Shown in pieces: positions 57,729 through 64,000 of a stretch of 64,000 nt of DNA (position 1 is its first letter; each line of letters begins with the position of its first letter). A program made the translations under genes and the position numbers. The notes under the pieces were generated by a model. That model ran no database searches and was not told the origin of the DNA. It saw only the letters and a program-made list of their open reading frames with translations. This DNA comes from Acidobacteriota bacterium. Lineage in GTDB: Bacteria; Acidobacteriota; CAIWXX01. The stretch lies in the NCBI GenBank assembly GCA_040755995.1, contig JBFMAF010000036.1, positions 128,001 to 192,000 on the forward strand, given 5' to 3'.

Positions 57729-58013
57729 CTACTCTTGCTGCGGCTGGAATCCGATGCGCTTCTGCAGTGCGTCCGGCAGGTTGGCAAGGATTCGGGTGTG
57801 TTCGTTCAGTGTGGCGATCACCTGGTCGAGCTTGACTTCGACAACGTCCATTCGCCTGACGAGCTGCAGCCATTCCTTGCGCAACTCGGCCATCTCTGCA
57901 TCATGCTCGGCATGGCGCTTCACGGACCACGCCTGGAGCGTGAGGAGCTCCGACATCTGTCTCTCTATCGTGGTCTGCCATGTGCGGGGGCGACCGTTCT
58001 TGCGTGATGGCAT
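57729..58013 (-). CDS. small coiled-coil hypothetical protein
   Basis: SD GGAGG; heptad-like pattern; ends LPDALQKRIGF. Confidence 0.6.
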   Translation of the reverse strand: MPSRKNGRPRTWQTTIERQMSELLTLQAWSVKRHAEHDAEMAELRKEWLQLVRRMDVVEVKLDQVIATLNEHTRILANLPDALQKRIGFQPQQE

Positions 58014-58179
58014 CGTGGCCTCCTGCCCAGAGTATAGCCCACATCGACTCTCCGGACCAGAGTCTTCGAGGCGAAGGAGGCGAAGAAGGGGTAGCGATTC
58101 CACGGCCAAGACACCGAAGCTCCGCGTTTGAAAACGCGTAACCAGTCAACTATAGTGCTCGGTCTTGAGAGGCGAGGCA

Positions 58180-58962
58180 GTGAGCACAACGGGTGATACG
58201 ATCCAGCATCGCGCGCCGATGGTGATCCTCAGGGAGGTCGTCAAGACCTACGACGGCAAGGTGCGGCTGACAGTCCTGGACGCCATCAATCTCACCATCG
58301 AGGAAGGAGAGATGGTCGCCGTCATGGGGCCGTCGGGGTCCGGCAAGTCGACACTCCTGAACCTCATGGGCGGGCTCGACGTGCCGACGTCGGGATCCGT
58401 GGTTGTAGCGGGCACCGACCTGGCCCGCGAATCCGAAGAGGGCCGATCCCTGTTCCGGCGCAACACGGTTTCGTACGTCTTCCAGGCCTATCATCTCATG
58501 CCCACACTCACCGCCTCCCAGAACGTGGCTCTACCGCTGCATCTCTCCGGCCTTGCCCGCGGCGAGATTGCCCAGCGCGTGCGCCAGGCGCTGGAGGAAG
58601 TCGGGCTCACTGAGCGCGCGGATCATCTCCCGGACGAGCTGTCCGGCGGCGAACGCCAGCGCGTAGCAATAGCACGCGCTGTGGTCACACGCCCGCGCCT
58701 GCTGCTCGCCGACGAGCCCACCGGCAACCTCGACTCCGCGCGCGGCGAGGAGATCCTCCAGGTGCTCGCAAACATCCACAGAAAACACGGTGCGACGATC
58801 GTCATGGTCACGCACGACAGCGGAGCCGCCACGCACTGCAGGCGGATCATTCGCCTGCGGGACGGGCGCATCGCCGGGGAGGAACGGAGAAACGGAGAAA
58901 CGGAGAAACGGAGAAACGGGGAAGCGGGGAAACGGAGAGACGGAGACGCGGTGACGCGCTGA
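58180..58962 (+). CDS. ABC transporter ATP-binding protein (LolD/MacB-like)
   Basis: GPSGSGKST, LSGGERQRVAIARA, LADEPTGNLD and VTHD. Confidence 0.95.
   Translation: MSTTGDTIQHRAPMVILREVVKTYDGKVRLTVLDAINLTIEEGEMVAVMGPSGSGKSTLLNLMGGLDVPTSGSVVVAGTDLARESEEGRSLFRRNTVSYVFQAYHLMPTLTASQNVALPLHLSGLARGEIAQRVRQALEEVGLTERADHLPDELSGGERQRVAIARAVVTRPRLLLADEPTGNLDSARGEEILQVLANIHRKHGATIVMVTHDSGAATHCRRIIRLRDGRIAGEERRNGETEKRRNGEAGKRRDGDAVTR
58883..58946. repeat. octamer tandem repeat (AACGGAGA)n, about 8 degenerate units
   Basis: Four perfect units at 58883-58914 followed by variants; lies at the 3' end of the ABC ATPase gene. Confidence 0.9.
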
Positions 58963-59032
58963 TGAGGCGGGAAACGGCCGTTCGCGAGTACGACAGCCGC
59001 GAGGATGCCGGCATGCTGCAGCGGGGGCGCCG

Positions 59033-61585
59033 GTGAGGTTTCTCCTGAGAACGCTTTCGCTGAGCTACCTGAGGCTTCATCTCGCCAAGACGCTCCTGAC
59101 GCTGCTTGGCGTTGCGGTGGGGGTCTCGACCCTCGTGTCGATCCAGTCGGCCGAGACGGCGCTGATGCGAGGGCTGCGCAATACCGTCGACCGCATCGCC
59201 GGCAAGGCGCAGCTGCAGGTCGTCTGCGACGGTGGAGTCCCCGAGGAGGCCCAGGACCGGATCCGCGATGTCCCGGGTGTGGTCGCAGTTGCGCCGGTGA
59301 TCGAACAGGTCGTCGTGGCCGAAGGGCCTGCCTCCGGCAGCCTGCTGATTCTCGGTGTCGACCTGCTGGGCGATCGCGAGATGCGAGAGTACGGCTTCGA
59401 GGGCGACGACGCGGACATCGACGACCCGCTCCTGTTCCTGGCGCAGCCGGACTCGATCGCCCTGTGCACGACCTACGCGCGGCGCGCGGGGCTCCGTAAA
59501 GACAGCTCGCTGACGCTCCGCATCTCCAACGGCACCAAGCGCGTCGTGGTCCGAGGCCTGATGCGCCCGAGCGGATTCACCGAGGCCTTCGCGGGCAACG
59601 TCGCCGTGACCGACGTTTACGCTGCACAGCTTCTGTTCGGGCGCGGGCGGCGATTCGATCGTGTCGAGGTGCGATTGGAGGAGGGGGTGTCGCTGGAGGA
59701 GGGCACGAGGCGCCTGGCGGCGGCCCTCGGCCCCGGCTATCGAATGGAGACTCCCGAGCGGCGGAGCGCGCAGATGGAGAGGATCATTGAGAACTTCGTG
59801 GCGGGATTCAACGTCACGAGCACGTTCGCTCTGGCGATCGGCGTCTTCCTCATTTTCAACGCGTTCACGGTGGCGGTTACGAGGAGGCGGCGCGACATCG
59901 GCATACTGCGTGCGCTCGGCGCTACACCTCGCCAGGTTCAGGCGCTTTTCCTCATGGAAGCCGCGATCCTGGGAGTTGCCGGCGGTGTCGTGGGTTTGGC
60001 TGGCGGGGCAGCGGCTTCCGGCTTGTCGCTTCGCGCGATGAGCGACCCCGTGCAGAATATTTACGGCCTGACCGAGGGTGCCTCGACTCATGTCGACGGC
60101 CGGCTGGTGGTGCTTGCCCTGACGCTCGGGATCGTGGCTTCGCTGCTCGGAGCCTGGGCGCCCGCACGGAATGCATCGCGAATCGATCCGGTCGAAGCGC
60201 TGGCGAAGGGGACCTACACGGCTCGGGTCCCGCCGCCCACACTCGCGCGCCTCGCCGTGGGCGCGGCCGCGATCGCCGGCGCGATCCTCGTGGCTGTCTT
60301 CCGGCCGCTCACCGGACTCCCCATGGTGGTCAGCGTCATCCTTCTGGGCTTCCTGAGCGCGCTGCTTCTGGTGGGACCCGTATCCTCGCGGTTGGTGCGT
60401 CTGCTTGCGCCTGCCATCAGCCGCCTTTCACCTGTTTCCGGACGTCTCGCTTCTGACTCCTTGCTGGGCAATCCCCGGCGGACGGCCGGCACCGTCATCG
60501 CCATCGCGGCCTCGCTCGCCTTCGTCCTTGGCCTGAGCGGCTACATGGACGCGACACGCCTGGCGCTCTACCGGTGGATCGACAACGTGATCACCTCGGA
60601 CATCTACGTGCGCAGCTCTGCCAAGCTGCTGCGGCCGGATTTCCGGTTCGGGCCGGAGCTGCGCGACGAGCTGCTGGCGATCCCGGGGGTGCGCGCGGTG
60701 GAGAGTTTCCGGTCGGAGCGCGTGTCGTTTCGCGGCGTGGACATCGTCGTGGCCAGCATCGAAATCGAAGGGATGATGCGGCGGACGAAGCACGAGTTTC
60801 TGGAGGGGAACGCGGAGACCTTCGAGCGTGGACTGGTTCGTGAAGGCAAGTGCGCTGTCTCCGACAACTTCTATGGGCTCTATCGCCTGGGCATGGGTGA
60901 TGTTCTCGAGCTGCCAACGCCGAATGGGTTGGTCGGCCTTCCAATCGCTGCGGTTTTCACTGACTACACATCCGATCGCGGTACGGTCTTCATCGACCGG
61001 GCCACTTTCACGAAGCTGTGGAACGACGACCGGGTCGACACGTACGATGTGAACCTGCTGGCGGGCGCCCGTCGCGACCAGGTGATGCGTGACATCCGCC
61101 GGAGGATCGGCGACCGATTCCCCGCGCTGATCTCGACCAGGGAGGAGTTCACGGCCGAGATCCGGCGGGCGCTCGACGCGTTCTTCGCGCTCACGCGCAC
61201 GACCCTGATGACCGCGATACTCGTGGCCTTCATCGGCATCGTCACGTCGCTGCTGATTTCGGTAATGGAGCGGACGCGCGAGTTCGGCATCCTGAAGTCG
61301 CTGGGGGCGGTCAGGCAGCAGGTCCGAAGGAGTGTCGTGATCGAAGCCCTGGTGGTGGGCCTGACAGGCCTGATAATCGCCGTGCCGATGGGCCAGCTGC
61401 TCACCGTTTTCAACACCACTACGGTCGCCGAGACGTTCGCCGGTTGGAGGATGCCCGTGCGCTATCCGTTCACCGCCCTCATCCAGATCCTCGTCGCCCT
61501 GCCATTGGTCTCCGCCGCAGCGGCCTGGCTGCCCGTCCGCCAGGCGCTTTCAATCAAGGTCACCGAAGCTATCTCGTACGAGTGA
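59033..61585 (+). CDS. ABC permease, duplicated MacB/FtsX-type
   Basis: TLLTLLGVAVGV, RRRDIGILRALGA and ERTREFGILKSLGA. Confidence 0.95.
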   Translation: MRFLLRTLSLSYLRLHLAKTLLTLLGVAVGVSTLVSIQSAETALMRGLRNTVDRIAGKAQLQVVCDGGVPEEAQDRIRDVPGVVAVAPVIEQVVVAEGPASGSLLILGVDLLGDREMREYGFEGDDADIDDPLLFLAQPDSIALCTTYARRAGLRKDSSLTLRISNGTKRVVVRGLMRPSGFTEAFAGNVAVTDVYAAQLLFGRGRRFDRVEVRLEEGVSLEEGTRRLAAALGPGYRMETPERRSAQMERIIENFVAGFNVTSTFALAIGVFLIFNAFTVAVTRRRRDIGILRALGATPRQVQALFLMEAAILGVAGGVVGLAGGAAASGLSLRAMSDPVQNIYGLTEGASTHVDGRLVVLALTLGIVASLLGAWAPARNASRIDPVEALAKGTYTARVPPPTLARLAVGAAAIAGAILVAVFRPLTGLPMVVSVILLGFLSALLLVGPVSSRLVRLLAPAISRLSPVSGRLASDSLLGNPRRTAGTVIAIAASLAFVLGLSGYMDATRLALYRWIDNVITSDIYVRSSAKLLRPDFRFGPELRDELLAIPGVRAVESFRSERVSFRGVDIVVASIEIEGMMRRTKHEFLEGNAETFERGLVREGKCAVSDNFYGLYRLGMGDVLELPTPNGLVGLPIAAVFTDYTSDRGTVFIDRATFTKLWNDDRVDTYDVNLLAGARRDQVMRDIRRRIGDRFPALISTREEFTAEIRRALDAFFALTRTTLMTAILVAFIGIVTSLLISVMERTREFGILKSLGAVRQQVRRSVVIEALVVGLTGLIIAVPMGQLLTVFNTTTVAETFAGWRMPVRYPFTALIQILVALPLVSAAAAWLPVRQALSIKVTEAISYE

Positions 61586-61600
61586 GTATCGAGCCTGTAA

Positions 61601-62530
61601 ATGGACGCCATTCGACTCTCGAATGTCAGCAAGACCTTCGACGGCCTCCGCGCCGTCGCCGATCTTTCGATGTCTGTTCCGGAGGGTTCGCTCTTCGGCC
61701 TTCTGGGTCCAAACGGCGCAGGCAAGACGACCACCATACGCATGATCCTCTCGATCATCCTCCCCGACGCGGGCTCGATCGCGGTGCTGGGGAAGCCGGC
61801 CGGCCAGGATGTGAACAAGTTCATCGGATATCTGCCGGAAGAGCGAGGCCTTTATCGGAAGATGAAAGTGGGCGACATGCTGATGTTCATGGCCGAGCTC
61901 AAAGGAGTCGACAAGGCCGCGGGGCGGCGAGGGATAGATCACTGGCTGGAGCGCCTCGACCTGCTGAGCTGGAAGAAGCGAAGGGTCGAGGAGCTGAGCA
62001 AGGGGATGCAGCAGAAGCTGCAGTTCATCGCCACGATCCTCCACCAGCCCCGGCTGATGATTCTGGACGAACCGTTCAGCGGCCTTGATCCGATCAACGT
62101 CAACCTGCTGAAAGAGATCGTGCTGGAGATGAGCCGCGGAGGATGCACGGTGATATTCTCGACGCATCGGATGGAGCAGGTGGAGCAGATGTGCGATGCG
62201 ATCTGCCTCATCAACAAGGCCCAGCTGGTGCTGCACGGGGACCCGAAGAGCATCCGGCGCGAATACGGGAAGAACACGGTAGTGGTGGACTTCGAGGGAG
62301 CGCCGGACTCGATCTTGGGGGAATGGCCGGGGGTCGAGAAGTACAACAGCTCGGGGAGATGGGCGGAGGTGCGGTTGAAGCGGGATGCCGACAGCCGCGA
62401 GTACTTGCAGTACCTCGTCCGGCATTTCCGTCTGAATAAGTTCGAGGTGGTCGAGCCGTCGCTCGAAGAGATCTTCATCGAGAAGGTGCGTGCGAGCAAT
62501 GAAGCAGATCTGGACCGTTCTGAAGCGTGA
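61601..62530 (+). CDS. ABC-2 type transporter ATP-binding protein (YhaQ/NatA-like)
   Basis: GPNGAGKTT, GYLPEERGLY, LSKGMQQK and LDEPFSGLDP. Confidence 0.95.
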   Translation: MDAIRLSNVSKTFDGLRAVADLSMSVPEGSLFGLLGPNGAGKTTTIRMILSIILPDAGSIAVLGKPAGQDVNKFIGYLPEERGLYRKMKVGDMLMFMAELKGVDKAAGRRGIDHWLERLDLLSWKKRRVEELSKGMQQKLQFIATILHQPRLMILDEPFSGLDPINVNLLKEIVLEMSRGGCTVIFSTHRMEQVEQMCDAICLINKAQLVLHGDPKSIRREYGKNTVVVDFEGAPDSILGEWPGVEKYNSSGRWAEVRLKRDADSREYLQYLVRHFRLNKFEVVEPSLEEIFIEKVRASNEADLDRSEA

Positions 62531-63758
62531 GTATCTCTTCCGGGTGAAGTCGAAGGCCTTCATCATCGGGACGCTCTTGGGACCCCTCGCACTGGCGGCG
62601 ATGGTGGGCGTCCCGATGCTGTTGACGAAGGTCGAGGTGAAGGAAGAGCGCCGGGTCGCGGTGCTGGACGACGGGGGTTCGGTCGCATCGGCCCTGCCGG
62701 AGTCTGCCTTTTTCGGCAAGAACTCGACATATCGGGTCACGCGCGTGACGAGCGATAGCACGGGACGCGCGAAGACGCTCGAACGGCTAAAGGGAGACGT
62801 AATCGCCCAGCGGTTGCATGGCGTTCTGATAGTGCCCGAGAAGGGCGAGGAGTTCTTGTATCTCGCGAAAAACGTCGGCAACTTCGTGGAGATCGCCGCG
62901 CTGGAGAACGCGGTCTCATCGATCGTCGTCGAGGCGCGGCTGAAGGCCGAGGGGCTTGACCCGGGACGCATCGAGGAGCTCACGAGGGCCGTGAATCTGC
63001 GCGCCCTGCGGGTCACGCAGGAGGGCGTCAGGGAAGAGAAGGGGCAGACCATCATGCTCACGTACGTGATGAGCCTGATCCTGTATACGAGCCTGCTCAT
63101 CTACGGCGTGTCGATCATGAGGAGCGTCATCGAGGAGAAGTCGACGCGGATAGTCGAAGTGCTGCTCTCATCTGTGAGCCCGTTTCGTTTGATGGCCGGC
63201 AAGATTCTCGGAGTCGGCTCGGTGGGGCTCACGCAGTACCTCATCTGGGCCGCATTCGGAGCGTTGATCTCTGCGTACGGAGCGCTTGTGGCGGGGGCGT
63301 TTTTGCCGCGGCAGGACCTGAGCTCATTCGTGAACATTCCGATCTCGGTGCTGCTGTATTTCCTTCTCTTCTTCGTGCTGGGCTACTTCGTGTACGCGAC
63401 CCTCTACGCCGGTATCGGCGCGATGGTGAACTCCGAGGACGAGAGCCAGCAGGTCCAGCTCATGGTGACTATGTTCCTGGTCCTGCCCATCATGCTTACG
63501 CCGCTCGTGCTGAAGAGCCCCGACTCGAGGCTCTCGGTCGCCCTGTCGCTGTTCCCGTTCTTTTCGCCGGTCTTGATGATGATGCGCGTCTGCATCATAA
63601 ACGTGCCCGCGATTCAGATCGCGCTCTGCGTCGGCTTCTCGCTTGCCGCGACACTGCTCGTCACCTGGGTTGTGGCGCGCATCTACCGCATCGGCATCCT
63701 GATGTACGGCAAGCGCCCGACCCTCATCGAGGTCGTGCGATGGATCAGGTACAGCTGA
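62499..63758 (+). CDS. ABC-2 type permease (YhaP/NatB-like)
   Basis: REY..RVKSKAF, EEKSTRIVEVLLSS, GKILG and YRIGILMYGKRP. Confidence 0.95.
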   Translation: MKQIWTVLKREYLFRVKSKAFIIGTLLGPLALAAMVGVPMLLTKVEVKEERRVAVLDDGGSVASALPESAFFGKNSTYRVTRVTSDSTGRAKTLERLKGDVIAQRLHGVLIVPEKGEEFLYLAKNVGNFVEIAALENAVSSIVVEARLKAEGLDPGRIEELTRAVNLRALRVTQEGVREEKGQTIMLTYVMSLILYTSLLIYGVSIMRSVIEEKSTRIVEVLLSSVSPFRLMAGKILGVGSVGLTQYLIWAAFGALISAYGALVAGAFLPRQDLSSFVNIPISVLLYFLLFFVLGYFVYATLYAGIGAMVNSEDESQQVQLMVTMFLVLPIMLTPLVLKSPDSRLSVALSLFPFFSPVLMMMRVCIINVPAIQIALCVGFSLAATLLVTWVVARIYRIGILMYGKRPTLIEVVRWIRYS

Positions 63759-63908
63759 ACGGGCAGTTCCGTGTCCGACCCGAGGGCCTGAGTCCGAGTG
63801 CCTCTTGCTTGACAAGCCAGCATGCCGAGCTATCATTCTTTGCATGACGGAATGAGAGCGAGGTGCATGGACTGTCTGGACTCGGGTATCACGACGAAGG
63901 AGTCGATC

Positions 63909-64000
63909 ATGGCTGTCATCTCAATGTTCTATGGAATCATCATTTGCTCAGGAGCTGTCCTCGGGCGCCGTGTCCTGAGAACCCGTCGGATTCTGGTCGA
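63909..64000 (+). pseudogene. DUF4160-like toxin-antitoxin gene 5' remnant
   Basis: SD AAGGAG then MAVISMFYGIII, which matches the DUF4160 N-terminus as recalled. The sequence then diverges with no H.PPH.H motif. TTGACA-16-TATCAT upstream. Confidence 0.55.

Noticed and set aside
58883..58946. Possible CRISPR array
   Set aside because: Contiguous 8-bp units without spacers, and no cas genes in the window.
1..64000. Many long ORFs antisense to or overlapping the called genes (e.g. 10492-12111 +, 36782-38350 -, 52916-54340 +, 61550-63100 -)
   Set aside because: Shadow ORFs expected in high-GC DNA. They have no recognisable motifs and lie opposite well-supported genes.

Overview
GC-rich bacterial chromosomal window with no rRNA, tRNA or CRISPR array detected. 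The rplM-rpsI-rpsB-tsf(short form)-pyrH-frr gene order suggests Acidobacteriota, and the GAPOR/AOR, DUF362, ferredoxin and TIGR04076 genes suggest an anaerobe; both are inferences. The housekeeping block (22.5-29.7 kb) is flanked by accessory genes: secreted proteases, ABC transporters, four toxin-antitoxin loci (two damaged), an IS21-type end and several gene remnants. The best candidate for an undescribed system is a seven-gene minus-strand cluster at 7.4-15.7 kb. It encodes two zinc-ribbon membrane proteins, a Zn-ribbon/L7-L12/degenerate Hsp70 fusion, a 1127-aa HerA/VirB4-like ATPase and three small charged helical proteins that share a motif which may be a substrate signal. A second notable locus is an orphan VgrG cassette (30.2-34.9 kb) with a LysM/PG-binding protein and a lysozyme + C39-like peptidase fusion but no evident immunity gene. 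All family assignments come from motif recognition by eye; no database searches were run.
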